Positions 38,185 through 47,625 are shown, counted from the first letter of the stretch. The stretch is DNA of 64,000 bases from Eubacteriales bacterium (GCA_045600125.1 JAZRXH010000109.1:3703-67702), one strand, 5' to 3'. Notes: a model not told the origin generated them from the sequence alone. Numbers and translations are program-made.

Positions 38185-38859
38185 TTAATAATTTCCTCTT
38201 TTAGTGCTCTTATTTTTTAAAGAACGTAGTTTTATAGCATTTTTTATATCAGATATTTTCTGTGGTATGCTTTCGTCAGCGTTAGCTAATAGCTTTTGCA
38301 ATTCATCAAGTTTATCTAAAATTAGCACCTCATCAGTTGATAGTGCACTATTATCAGAAAACATAAGCATTTCAGATACTTCTTCCAAATCTTTTTTATA
38401 AGCACTTTCCTGATATTCTATTAATAAGCCCTTTGCCTTAGTATATAAAGTATCAACAACCACTTGGCTTTCTGTCAATGGTTTATTTTCTGCTTTTACA
38501 TATCCACTAAAATAAATAACAATTACATCAATAACCAACAAAACACATAATGCCAAAATATTCAATAAGATATATGTTTTTATAAGTAATGGGAAAACAT
38601 TTACAAGTATAATTGACATTACTAAAACAAAACCTAAATGGAAAAGGCTTGTTATAATATTTGCAACAGCAAATATTGACTTTTTAACACTGAGTGCTTT
38701 GATTGTTCCTATACATTCAGCAAATATCAGAAACATCAGTGAAATCCATCTCATCGGGATTGTAAAAATATTGTCAAAGGTCAACAGGTAAAATATTACA
38801 GTTGCCGCTATTGAGGTTGCACCGCAGATTAAAGCGATAGCTTTTGAATTTTTTAACAT
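38185..38859 (-). CDS. Four-TM membrane protein with cytoplasmic helical C-terminal domain (YdjH-like), second gene of cassette
   Basis: ATG at 38859 (MLKNSK) with GGAGGGCGGAG upstream. Overlaps the stop of the SPFH gene (translational coupling). Confidence 0.55.
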   Translation of the reverse strand: MLKNSKAIALICGATSIAATVIFYLLTFDNIFTIPMRWISLMFLIFAECIGTIKALSVKKSIFAVANIITSLFHLGFVLVMSIILVNVFPLLIKTYILLNILALCVLLVIDVIVIYFSGYVKAENKPLTESQVVVDTLYTKAKGLLIEYQESAYKKDLEEVSEMLMFSDNSALSTDEVLILDKLDELQKLLANADESIPQKISDIKNAIKLRSLKNKSTKRGNY

Positions 38860-38872
38860 ATCTCCGCCCTCC

Positions 38873-40171
38873 TTACTCAATCTTTGTTCCGCATTCAGGG
38901 CAGAATTTACTGTTATCTTCTATTTGCTTTCCGCAATTATTGCATTTCTTTATCAAAGGGTGACCGCATTTGGGACAGAATTTACTGTTTCCACTTAGTA
39001 AACTTCCACAGTTTGGGCAAGGTGTAGGAACTTTTGCACCACATACAGAACAAGATGTAGCCCCATCAGGTAAATCTGCTTTGCAGTTACTGCAAGGATT
39101 ATATTTTTTACCACATTCAGGACAGAACTTTGTATCTTCAGTTAAATCTGTGTTGCAAGATGAGCATTTTATTCCTTTTTCGGTTGTTTCTTCTTTTGGT
39201 GTACCTGTAGTGTCAAAACCACAATGATTACAGAATTTTTCGTTTAACCCAATTCGTGCTTTGCACTTCGGGCATTCTTTCGTATCGTTAGTATTCAATG
39301 CTTGCGTTAGCCCACCGAACTGCTGACCGATGGCACCACCGACACCAACACCCATTCCCAAACCAATTCCGGCTCCCATAAAGCCACCTTGCATAGAGTT
39401 GGGATTTGTAGCAGCACCTTCCAATGTATCAAACGAACGTTCCTGCTGATAACTGTATCCAACAATATCCATTTCTGCTCTTTTTGCAAGTGCATTTTTA
39501 AGTTGAACAACGGCTTTATCATCCTCGGGAACATTTATGTCGTTTACAAAGAATGAAACGAGTTTGATTCCGTACTTATCAAAAGTCGGCGAAATTTTTT
39601 CCTGCAAATATGTAGAAATTTCATCGAGATATGCGTTGATTTCCAATACGCTAATATTTTTATGTATTAAATATGACGAAATGACATCTTTTGCCTTTGT
39701 AAGATAAACCCCTCTAAAGAACTTCAAGATTGAGTTTTTATCGAATTGAGGTAATGTTCCAACAAGCTTTAATAAAAACTTTTTTGATTCCTCTATCTGA
39801 ATGCCAAACTGCCCGAAAGCTCTTACGGGGACAAATACCTTATACTTAGGATCTTGAAGCTGAATAGGTGTTGAAGTACCCCATTTTACATCTAATGAAA
39901 AAACTTTATTGATATACCATACTTCGGCAGTAAACGGAGAACGCCCACCGAAAGGAAGGTTTATCAATTTATTTAAAATCGGTATATTGGCAGTATCTAA
40001 GGTGTGTCTGCCTGCACTAAACACATCGCATACTTGTCCGCCCTTAACTAATATAGCTTCTTGTGACTCATTTACGATTAACTGTGTCCAAGTTCCCAAT
40101 TCGTTATTAGGATACTTCCACGCAAACACATCAGGATTACCGTCATATTTTATGACATCAATAATTGCCAT
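38873..40171 (-). CDS. SPFH/Band-7 (Band_7_1, virion-core-protein-like; YdjI-like) domain protein with Gly-rich linker and five tandem C-terminal zinc ribbons
   Basis: N-terminal SPFH domain of about 260 aa (start MAIIDVIKYDGNPDVFAWKYP at 40171; GGGGGA 7 nt upstream). Linker GGFMGAGIGLGMGVGVGG. Five CxxC-x10-14-CxxCG units. Confidence 0.7.
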   Translation of the reverse strand: MAIIDVIKYDGNPDVFAWKYPNNELGTWTQLIVNESQEAILVKGGQVCDVFSAGRHTLDTANIPILNKLINLPFGGRSPFTAEVWYINKVFSLDVKWGTSTPIQLQDPKYKVFVPVRAFGQFGIQIEESKKFLLKLVGTLPQFDKNSILKFFRGVYLTKAKDVISSYLIHKNISVLEINAYLDEISTYLQEKISPTFDKYGIKLVSFFVNDINVPEDDKAVVQLKNALAKRAEMDIVGYSYQQERSFDTLEGAATNPNSMQGGFMGAGIGLGMGVGVGGAIGQQFGGLTQALNTNDTKECPKCKARIGLNEKFCNHCGFDTTGTPKEETTEKGIKCSSCNTDLTEDTKFCPECGKKYNPCSNCKADLPDGATSCSVCGAKVPTPCPNCGSLLSGNSKFCPKCGHPLIKKCNNCGKQIEDNSKFCPECGTKIE

Positions 40172-40213
40172 AACATATTCCCCCTTTGTAAATTTTAATT
40201 TGCTTGCCGAACA

Positions 40214-40236
40214 TTCCACATAATTGCGATTATGTG
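40214..40236. promoter_or_regulatory. Palindromic site CCACATAAT-tgcga-ATTATGTGG (copy 1) in the 5' region of the SPFH cassette
   Basis: The exact reverse-complement copy lies at 40449-40470. Confidence 0.45.
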
Positions 40237-40448
40237 GATAAAGCAGAATAAATGTGTTTAAAATTTGTGATTACAGACACAAAAACAAGACCAATGTTAG
40301 TTGATAAATCTTCATTGGTCAACTTTTGATGTCGTTTTTTGTGCATAACGGAGATTTTTTGTAAATATTACTAAAATCATTGACTTTTATAGTCATATAT
40401 GTTATTATTCATTTAGTATGTAGCAAGTTTGTTTATATAAGTTTTCCA

Positions 40449-40470
40449 CATAATCGCAATTATGTGGCTT
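40449..40470. promoter_or_regulatory. Palindromic site CCACATAAT-cgcaa-ATTATGTGG (copy 2), immediately 3' of the integrase and followed by CTTTTTTATTTT
   Basis: A 9-bp perfect arm palindrome. The T-run that follows on the plus strand gives it terminator-like form. Confidence 0.45.
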
Positions 40471-40477
40471 TTTTATT

Positions 40478-41317
40478 TTAGCACCGCAAAAGTCCGAGCT
40501 TTTGTATTTGTCTACGGTGTACCTCACCCGTGCTCATTGTGTAAATTCTTGTTGTATTTACTGATGAGTGCCCTAAAATATCTGCAAGCCTTACAATGTC
40601 TTTCTGTAAGCTGTAATATGTTCTCGCAAAAAGATGACGAAAACTATGTGGATACACTTTGTCTTTTGAAACTCCGGCGATTTCGCATAACGCTTTTAAC
40701 ATCTTCCATATATGGCTTCTGTCAAGAGGTTTACCATTACGGCTCACGAAAACGGAGCCGTTTTCAATTTTATTTTCTCGGATATATCCCTTTAACATTT
40801 TGCAAAGCTCTTTCGGTAAGATGACAATACGCATTTTTCCTTTGCAGTTAATTACCGCTTGTCCCGTTTTCACGGCAGATGTAGTAATGTAGCGTAATTC
40901 CGAAACCCTTATACCCGTACTTGCTATGGTTTGTATCAGGTAATAAAGCCTTTGATTTTTCTTATCTTTTGCCGCTGTTAAAAGCCGTTCATATTCCGTT
41001 TTTGTCAATTCCTTGTCCTTGCTTGAAAATATCTGCCTTTGTATTTTTAGTGCCTTTATCCGTATATCGTGCCATTCCATAAATGCAAAGAAACTGTTAA
41101 GGGAAGATATTGCCGCATTTACACTTGCAGGAGCATACTTTTCACACAATTCCTTTTTATAATCCAAAGCCAATATCTTTGTTACTTCCTGACCGCACAG
41201 CCAAGCCATAAAGAAGGTTATATCACGGATATATTTTTCTATTGTGTTTTCGCTTTTTTCCTCCTCGATTAAATAATTTTTAAAGCTTTCTATAAGCGCA
41301 TTTGTGATTTTTCTCAT
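40478..41317 (-). CDS. Site-specific tyrosine recombinase (phage-integrase/XerC-D family)
   Basis: SAM-like N-terminal domain plus catalytic domain with R...HxxR...Y signature (HSFRHLFARTYY ... RIYTMSTGE). RBS GGAAAGGAAG. AT-rich codon usage. Confidence 0.85.
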   Translation of the reverse strand: MRKITNALIESFKNYLIEEEKSENTIEKYIRDITFFMAWLCGQEVTKILALDYKKELCEKYAPASVNAAISSLNSFFAFMEWHDIRIKALKIQRQIFSSKDKELTKTEYERLLTAAKDKKNQRLYYLIQTIASTGIRVSELRYITTSAVKTGQAVINCKGKMRIVILPKELCKMLKGYIRENKIENGSVFVSRNGKPLDRSHIWKMLKALCEIAGVSKDKVYPHSFRHLFARTYYSLQKDIVRLADILGHSSVNTTRIYTMSTGEVHRRQIQKLGLLRC

Positions 41318-41483
41318 TCAAATCAACTTCCTTTCCTTTATGTATTCTACCACTTACATAAACAAACTATTTAGAAGCCATCAATGAATTTAAGTATTCA
41401 CACAAATCTCCAGCAACAGTCTATTAAATAAGCGGTATTTTGACAAATGTGTGGATTTCAAGATACAAATTAAGCCCGAATAT

Positions 41484-41523
41484 GCAAGCTGAATTTTGCT
41501 TGTATATTCGGGCTTTTTCTGTT
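41484..41523. repeat. Perfect 16-bp-arm palindrome GCCCGAATATGCAAGC-tgaatttt-GCTTGTATATTCGGGC followed by TTTTTCTG at the right boundary of the islet
   Basis: Direct reading. Terminator-like on the plus strand although no plus-strand gene is upstream. Candidate islet-end structure or recombination site. Confidence 0.45.
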
Positions 41524-41623
41524 ATTAGAGCAATTTTTCTTCTAAATATTTATTTCGCTCGAGGGAGCCCCGCCGACGGAAGTACGCCGCAGGCGGCGGA
41601 AGACGGCGGGGCGGGCGGGTGGG

Positions 41624-41660
41624 CAAAAAGAAAAGGACAGAAGCAGTTCTTCTGTCCTTT
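41624..41660 (-). terminator. Rho-independent terminator after rpsR (minus strand)
   Basis: Hairpin AAAGGACAGAAG-cagt-TCTTCTGTCCTTT, with a T-run on the minus strand (complement of the A-run at 41624-41635). Confidence 0.65.
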
Positions 41661-41679
41661 CGGTGCTCATTTCCAAAAC

Positions 41680-41922
41680 TCAGTCGGAAATATAAGGCAT
41701 AAGAGCGATATGTCTTGCTCTCTTAACGGCTACGGTGAGCTGTCTCTGATGCTTTGCGCAAGTACCGGTGATTCTGCGAGGGAGAATCTTGGCTCTCTCG
41801 GATACGCACTTGCGAAGTCTTGTAACGTCCTTATAGTCGATATGCTCGATCTTGTCTGCGCAGAACTGACAGATCTTCTTCTTCTTGCGAGTCTTGAACT
41901 GCTGCTGCTTCTGAGCGTCCAT
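41680..41922 (-). CDS. rpsR: 30S ribosomal protein S18
   Basis: Conserved core [59 protein letters not shown]. Start at MDAQK (41922) with AGGAG 9 nt upstream. Confidence 0.9.
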   Translation of the reverse strand: MDAQKQQQFKTRKKKKICQFCADKIEHIDYKDVTRLRKCVSERAKILPRRITGTCAKHQRQLTVAVKRARHIALMPYISD

Positions 41923-42019
41923 GGAATACATCTCCTTTCGACAGCCGCCGTGGGCTCCGGGACTATTCCCGTGCCGCATCGGTCGGCATGCTGCTTGATT
42001 TTTGGGGTCCGTTCTTCTG

Positions 42020-42478
42020 TCAGAACGGTAAGTCGTCCTCCGAGCCTACAACCTCGAAATTGCTTTCGATGTTACTGTTGGCTGCGGGTGCCGAACTGCC
42101 GTGGCGAGGCTCCTCGCCGTAGTAAACATCGTCTCTGCGCGCACCGTTTCCGTCGCCCTTTCTGCCTACGAAGCTGACTTCGTCCGCTACGACTTCGGTA
42201 ACGTAACGCTTCTGTCCGTTCTGGTCGGTGTAATTTCTTGTCTGAATTGCACCGCACACGAGGATCGGGCTGCCCTTGGTAAAGTAACGGCTAACGAATT
42301 CAGCCGTTGTCCTCCAGGCAACGATGTTGATGAAATCCGCCTGTACCGGGTCTTCGGGCTTCGCATACCGTCTCTGTACTGCGATGGAGAACGCCGTCAC
42401 GGACACGCCGCTGGGTGTCTTCTTCAGTTCGGGATCGGCTGTAAGGTTGCCCACGAGAATAACTTTGTTAAAAGCCAT
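42020..42478 (-). CDS. ssb: Single-stranded DNA-binding protein
   Basis: OB-fold N-terminus ([18 protein letters not shown]), Gly/Asn-rich linker and acidic C-terminal tail (DDLPF). Confidence 0.9.
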   Translation of the reverse strand: MAFNKVILVGNLTADPELKKTPSGVSVTAFSIAVQRRYAKPEDPVQADFINIVAWRTTAEFVSRYFTKGSPILVCGAIQTRNYTDQNGQKRYVTEVVADEVSFVGRKGDGNGARRDDVYYGEEPRHGSSAPAANSNIESNFEVVGSEDDLPF

Positions 42479-42497
42479 TGTCTTTCCCTCCTGCGGA

Positions 42498-42797
42498 TCA
42501 CTTTTCGAGCGCTACAATGATGGAACGGAGAATACCGTCCGTGATATTGTAGACACGGTCAAGTTCAGCGGGGACTGCCTTCTCGGAAGAGAAGTTAACG
42601 AGCACGTAGTAGCCGTCTTCAAAATCCTGAATCGGATATGCGAGCTTCTTCTTGCCCCATTCGTCAACGCTGTCGATGGTACCGCCATTCGTCGTAATGA
42701 TTCCGGTGAACTTGTCAACGAGAGCCTTGGTAGCTTCCTCTGTCAGTTCAGGATTGATTACGAAAATGGTCTCATACTTACCGATGATTTTTTCCAT
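42498..42797 (-). CDS. rpsF: 30S ribosomal protein S6
   Basis: MEKIIGKYETIFVINPELTEE... Start at 42797 with GGAGG upstream. Forms the rpsF-ssb-rpsR operon. Confidence 0.9.
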   Translation of the reverse strand: MEKIIGKYETIFVINPELTEEATKALVDKFTGIITTNGGTIDSVDEWGKKKLAYPIQDFEDGYYVLVNFSSEKAVPAELDRVYNITDGILRSIIVALEK

Positions 42798-43187
42798 TTT
42801 TCCTGCACCTCCTTCCGGCCTATGACCCGGCAACATCGTGCCGAGTAAGAAGTATTATTTTTCCGGGCGCAATACGCACGCCCGGGTAAACATTATACAA
42901 CCGTTCCGTTTATTTGTCAAGAGCGATAACAAAAAATTTACATATTCCGGAAAGTTCCGGAAAGTTCCGCTAAGTCCTTCGGTTTCTTTCTCGCCTTATT
43001 CCCCGACCGCTTTCCGCCTCCCCGTAAAAGAGACAAGGGCGGCTGTTAAAAATCAAAGTTGATTTTTAACAATTTCCTGCATAGTTTTCGCCTTTACTTG
43101 CCGTGTGACCTGTGCTACAATGAAGCGAAAAAAGAGAGCATTTTCAAAGTAAAATGGTTTCTCTTTATCTGAAAGGAATGTTCGACC

Positions 43188-44387
43188 ATGAATAAAGAGC
43201 TCACCGTCGCCATCATCGGCTGCGGAAATTTCGCCCAGTTTTTCGTCCCGCTTTTCAAGGCGCATCCGACGGTGAAAAAAGTCTGCGTCTGCGACCTCAT
43301 CCGGGAAAAAGCCGAGGATTACGCAAAACGCTTCGACGTGGAAATCATCGACAGCTTTGAGGCGGCGCTGTCCAACCCGAATATCAACTGCATCGCCAAC
43401 TTCACCGAGCGTCACCGACACGGGGAGATCGTTCTTGCGGCGCTGTCGGCAGGAAAGCACGTCTATTCCGCCGTTCCCATGGCACCTACCGTTGACGAGT
43501 GCCGGCAGATCGTCGAGCTGGTACGGCGTACGGGACTTACCTATCTGATGGGCGAGACCTGCTACTACTACCCCTGCGCCATGTACTGCCGTGAAATGTA
43601 CAAGAAGGGCGCTTTCGGCGACTTTACCTACGGCGCTTCCCAATATTATCACCACATCGACGCCATCAGCTACGGCAAGCGTCCTATGGAGGGCGGTATG
43701 CCGCCCATGCTCTACCCTACCCACTCCACCTCCATGCTTCTTTCCGCCGTCGCCTCCTTCGCAAAAAAAGTGGTCTGCTTCGGCTACAAGGACAAAACTC
43801 ACGACGGACGTTTTGAAAAGGGCTGCAACTACTGGGACAACGAGTTCTCCAACCAATATTCCATGATGCTTCTGGACAACGGCGGCACGGCGAGGATCAC
43901 CGAGGCACGCTCCTTCGGCTGGAAGAAGCCTTCCTCCTATATTTCCGCTCTCTACGGTACGAAGGCGGGCTATGAGTTCAGTAACGCCCAGCACGTCTTC
44001 GTGGAAAAACTCGCCACGGACGGCGAGGAAAAGGTAAAGCTCATCGACGTCAGCGATTACGTCAACACCGAAGGAATGGTCGCTCACAAGAACGACGCCG
44101 ACTTCAAGGACAGAGTTGCCAACGGAGAATGGCAGTGGGCAGATATCGCCGAGGTACAGCGTTCCGAGTTCGTCCGTCTTCCCGCCGAATACGACTCTCT
44201 GCCCAACGGCCACATGGCGACCCACAAGCTCCTTGTGGACGACTTCTGCACGGCAGCGGCAAAGAAGGAAGTCCCGATCCTCAACGCCTGCGCCGCCGCA
44301 AGGTACACCGTTCCCGGGCTTGTTGCCATCGAATCTGCCAAGGCGGAAGGTGCCGTTCTGGATGTACCGGACTTCGGTACGATGTAA
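43188..44387 (+). CDS. Gfo/Idh/MocA-family NAD(P)-dependent oxidoreductase
   Basis: N-terminal Rossmann motif (VAIIGCGNFAQ) and the Gfo/Idh/MocA C-terminal alpha/beta domain. RBS AAAGGA. Confidence 0.8.
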   Translation: MNKELTVAIIGCGNFAQFFVPLFKAHPTVKKVCVCDLIREKAEDYAKRFDVEIIDSFEAALSNPNINCIANFTERHRHGEIVLAALSAGKHVYSAVPMAPTVDECRQIVELVRRTGLTYLMGETCYYYPCAMYCREMYKKGAFGDFTYGASQYYHHIDAISYGKRPMEGGMPPMLYPTHSTSMLLSAVASFAKKVVCFGYKDKTHDGRFEKGCNYWDNEFSNQYSMMLLDNGGTARITEARSFGWKKPSSYISALYGTKAGYEFSNAQHVFVEKLATDGEEKVKLIDVSDYVNTEGMVAHKNDADFKDRVANGEWQWADIAEVQRSEFVRLPAEYDSLPNGHMATHKLLVDDFCTAAAKKEVPILNACAAARYTVPGLVAIESAKAEGAVLDVPDFGTM

Positions 44388-44433
44388 ACTTCGCCTTCTT
44401 TCACAGGCAGCCATAACCTGCCACACCCGGCGG

Positions 44434-44470
44434 TCCCCACCGAGGATCTTTCCTCGGTGGGATTTTTTTC
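44434..44470 (+). terminator. Rho-independent terminator
   Basis: CCCCACCGAGGA-tctttc-CTCGGTGGG followed by ATTTTTTTCG. Confidence 0.7.
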
Positions 44471-44631
44471 GCCTTCGGGGAGATTCTCACCTTACTTTGC
44501 CATCCTTCTCAGCAAAAGCAAAACGGCAATCAAAGAAAAACGGCGAAAAAAAGAGCCGGCGCCGCAGGCGCCGACCCCCGCCGGGGGAAGTAACGGTCAA
44601 AGCATAAGTCCGCCAGTTCCCCATAGCAATT

Positions 44632-45264
44632 TCATCGTTCGGAAAGCTGTCCCGGAAGCCTGAGCTTTACCTTCGGAACGAAGCCCTTGTCAAATTCTTC
44701 CACGTCGGCAGCGTCGACGTAATATCCCATCGGCGTCCGGTAGATGCCGGTCACACCGTCAAGATACCCCGGGATCAGCTCCCGACAAAGGAAGAAGGAA
44801 GAGTCGGCGCCCTCCGGTAAATCATGGTACCGGATGCCGAACCTTGAAGCGTAGTCGAAACCGCTCTTCCCGTAGAAGCCGATATTGCCCTCGAACAGAA
44901 CGGCGCCGTAGCCGAGCTCCGTTGCTTTTGCCAGCGAGTAGTCCAGCAGCATTTTGCCGTACCCCCGGCGTTTCAGCTCGGGCAGGATCCCGATGGGACC
45001 CATGGTCAAAATCGGTATGGTGCGTCCGTCGTCGGCGTCGATGATCGTCTTCATGAACATGTTCTGACCGATCAGTCTGCCGTTTTGTTCCATAACAAAG
45101 TCAAGCTCCGGGATGAAGGCAGGATCGTCCCGCAGCACGTGAAGCACGTAATGCTCACTGCAGCCGGGGTGATACACGTTCCAAAATGCCTCCCGCACAA
45201 GGTTTTCGTTTTCTCTGTAGTCTTCTTTTCTCTCCAAACGGATGATGGTGTCATTTGTATTCAT
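44632..45264 (-). CDS. GNAT family N-acetyltransferase
   Basis: GNAT motif A region (LKRRGYGKMLL). Start set at MNTNDTII with GGAGG upstream. Confidence 0.75.
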   Translation of the reverse strand: MNTNDTIIRLERKEDYRENENLVREAFWNVYHPGCSEHYVLHVLRDDPAFIPELDFVMEQNGRLIGQNMFMKTIIDADDGRTIPILTMGPIGILPELKRRGYGKMLLDYSLAKATELGYGAVLFEGNIGFYGKSGFDYASRFGIRYHDLPEGADSSFFLCRELIPGYLDGVTGIYRTPMGYYVDAADVEEFDKGFVPKVKLRLPGQLSER

Positions 45265-45447
45265 TATTTTTGTCCTCCTGAAAATTGTTGACTTCAATGC
45301 CGGATTCGGCGGGAGGTTTGTAAGACTGTACGCAAACCTCCCGGTCAGCCTACAATCTCCGTTGTGTCGTACTTTCTCAAACAGTACTCTCCTATAATAA
45401 AAAATTTATAATCAGGCCTTTCGGCGTGATCACCTATATATTCACGG

Positions 45448-45951
45448 TCAAAGGTATTTTATCTTGCCCGTAGCGGCGGTCATGAAGCCGCCGTAAACAT
45501 TGTCCGGGAACTCATCCATGTAGTTGTATGCCTCCAGCGCTTCGGCGGCGTTTTCAAAGAAAAGCCTTGTCATAAAGGTCTGCTTCCCGTTTTCGACCCG
45601 CTCGAAAACAACGGCAGAACCGCCTTCCGCCTTTTCGAGGCTGAGTCTGTAATCAATGCCATGTGCCATGGCAGCATAACTACGCCTTGCACGGTTGATG
45701 TTGGAGCGGCAATGCTTTTTTCTTTCTTCAAAGCACTCCAGTTCTTCCCTTCCCTTTTCCGTCAAAGAAACGTAGCCGCTGACGCATTCCAGCGCCTTAC
45801 TTTCCGCAAGCTCGGTAATAATGCTCCGAAGAAGCATCGGCTCAACGCCGCCCGCCGCCAAAGCGCTTTCGGCAGCACCGATTTCCATTACTTCCTCCAA
45901 CTCGCTGAGAATCAGCATGGAAAGAATCTTTGCCTCGCTGATATCCTGCAT
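45448..45951 (-). CDS. Hypothetical protein
   Basis: ORF with AAAGGGGG RBS about 8 nt before the ATG at 45951 (MQDISEAK). No family recognised from sequence. Confidence 0.5.
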   Translation of the reverse strand: MQDISEAKILSMLILSELEEVMEIGAAESALAAGGVEPMLLRSIITELAESKALECVSGYVSLTEKGREELECFEERKKHCRSNINRARRSYAAMAHGIDYRLSLEKAEGGSAVVFERVENGKQTFMTRLFFENAAEALEAYNYMDEFPDNVYGGFMTAATGKIKYL

Positions 45952-46318
45952 TCGCATCCCCCTTTTATTCTTCAATCGAATGCCGCCGTAGTAATCCGGA
46001 ACGGCAAAATCACATCCGGAAAAACCTTCGCTGCATCCGTTCGCTGTAAGGTTATAAAAACCATATTGCTTTTCCTTTTATCTTCACCGCTTTTATTCTA
46101 TCACATTTTTGCGATTTCGTCAATAGACTTCCGCCCTTTTATCGGATGCTTGTATTATGCGCCGGAAAGACTTCCAATCTGCGGCTTTACGTGACATACT
46201 TGCTCCCGAAGCCGAATATTCTTTTACTGCCGCCCGCAGCAGGCGCTTGTCCCGCACGGACGACCGTTCACGCAGCCGTCTGCCCCGGGTGCTTTGGGAA
46301 GGAAGGGAGTATCGCAAT

Positions 46319-47596
46319 ATGGAAAAATCGGTCTTCGCCGCCGCCCTTGAGAAAAGCCTTGCATTCAATCGAAAAAAGCAAACCCTTGCCATGGCAGGCT
46401 GGTTTGCCCTGTGCCTTTCGGCGCTTTGCTTTTACGGTGTTTCAAAGCTTCCCCTTCAGGAAGCAGAGTTTTCCTCATCCATGGGAAGCATTAAAAGCAT
46501 AGAAAGTAAGGCGCCACCGGGACATGACTCTGTCGGCACCGGCGAAAGACGTTCGGTCGCAGGACTATCCAACGTTTCCGATGCACCGGCACCAAGCACC
46601 TTGTCCGTCCCCAACGATCCGCCTCTTCCCGGAAACACCCCTTCATCGGCGCTGTCGCTTGAAGCCGTCTTCTCCGGCGCCGACATCGCTTACAGCGGCG
46701 ATGTATCGGCAGAAGCGGCATTTCTCATAAACCGGGGGACCTTCGACGTTCTGTACGCCCATAACGCAGACGCCGTTTTGCCCATGGCAAGCACCACCAA
46801 AATTATGACGGCGCTTATCGTACTCGAGAACTGCGACCTTTCGGAAGAAGTGAAAGTCAAAGCAGAGTCCTGCGGCGTCGAGGGCTCCTCCTGCTATCTT
46901 GTCCCGGGCGAGAATATCACGGTGGAAGACCTTCTTTACGGTCTTATGCTTGAATCCGGGAATGACAGCGCCGAAGCGCTGGCACTGCACTGTGCCGGGA
47001 GCATCCCCGCCTTTACGCAGCTTATGAATGACCGTGCTGCCTCTTTGGGGCTTACCCGTACCCATTTTGACAATCCCCATGGGCTTTCCTCCGACAATCA
47101 CAGAACTACCGCACGGGAGCTGGCTCTTATCGCCTGCGAGGCAATGAGGCATCCCGTGTTCCGCACGATCGTTTCCACGACCTCCCACCGGGTGGAAAAA
47201 GACGGCGTTCTCACGCACTACTTTATCAATCACAACAAGCTGCTGCGAAGTTATCCCGGCACGATCGGAGTAAAAACGGGGTACACTCTCGCCTCAGGTC
47301 GATGCCTTGTATCCTGCGCAAAGCACGAGGATGGGGAGTACATAGCGGTGACGCTGAACGACCGTGCCGACTGGCGGGACCATAAGGCGCTCTACGACTA
47401 TGCTTTCTCCTCCTTTGATACGCTGTGCTCCGCCAAAAGCGGGGAGCTCTGTCTGTATTTCGGCGGCAAGCGCTACACCAACGCAGCGGATCTTCGTATC
47501 ATGCTCCCAAAAGACACAAAGCAATACTCTCTTTCCGCCGTCCTCACCGCATCCCCTTCAAACCATTTTGCGGGCGCTGCTTCCCCGCCGCAATAG
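46319..47596 (+). CDS. D-alanyl-D-alanine carboxypeptidase (S11, PBP5/DacF-like)
   Basis: SxxK (ASTTK), SxN (ESGND) and KTG (KTGYT) motifs. N-terminal TM/signal. Start at MEKSVF (46319) with GGAAGGGAG upstream. The last about 10 codons are supplied by a repeat-element copy. Confidence 0.85.
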   Translation: MEKSVFAAALEKSLAFNRKKQTLAMAGWFALCLSALCFYGVSKLPLQEAEFSSSMGSIKSIESKAPPGHDSVGTGERRSVAGLSNVSDAPAPSTLSVPNDPPLPGNTPSSALSLEAVFSGADIAYSGDVSAEAAFLINRGTFDVLYAHNADAVLPMASTTKIMTALIVLENCDLSEEVKVKAESCGVEGSSCYLVPGENITVEDLLYGLMLESGNDSAEALALHCAGSIPAFTQLMNDRAASLGLTRTHFDNPHGLSSDNHRTTARELALIACEAMRHPVFRTIVSTTSHRVEKDGVLTHYFINHNKLLRSYPGTIGVKTGYTLASGRCLVSCAKHEDGEYIAVTLNDRADWRDHKALYDYAFSSFDTLCSAKSGELCLYFGGKRYTNAADLRIMLPKDTKQYSLSAVLTASPSNHFAGAASPPQ

Positions 47597-47625
47597 ACAA
47601 CAGACAGCTTCCGCATGTTTGAGAT
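47567..47625. repeat. R1-type repeat hairpin (partial/variant copy B1) overlapping the 3' end of the carboxypeptidase gene
   Basis: TTGCGGGCGCTGCTTCCCCGCCGCAATAGACAACAGACAG, related to the other R1 hairpins. Confidence 0.55.

Larger units (their letters stand above)
37400..41540. mobile_element. AT-rich integrase-bearing genomic islet carrying a ydjGHI-like SPFH/zinc-ribbon cassette, inserted downstream of rpsF-ssb-rpsR
   Basis: GC drops from about 58% to about 35% across about 4.1 kb. Contains a tyrosine recombinase plus three co-oriented accessory genes. Flanked by a high-GC terminator on the left and a large perfect palindrome plus the rpsR terminator on the right. Confidence 0.55.

Noticed and set aside
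37548-41395. Possible att direct repeat AGTATTCACA..TCTCC near both islet ends (37548 and 41385)
   Set aside because: The shared core is only 10 bp. The left copy lies inside the coding region of the last cassette gene, not at the GC transition. That is too weak to call attL/attR.
41440-42177. 245-aa plus-strand ORF
   Set aside because: It runs through the palindrome, the rpsR terminator and rpsR itself on the wrong strand. It is an incoherent low-complexity translation.
43053-44426. 457-aa minus-strand ORF
   Set aside because: Antisense to the Gfo/Idh/MocA oxidoreductase gene, which has a Rossmann motif and an RBS.
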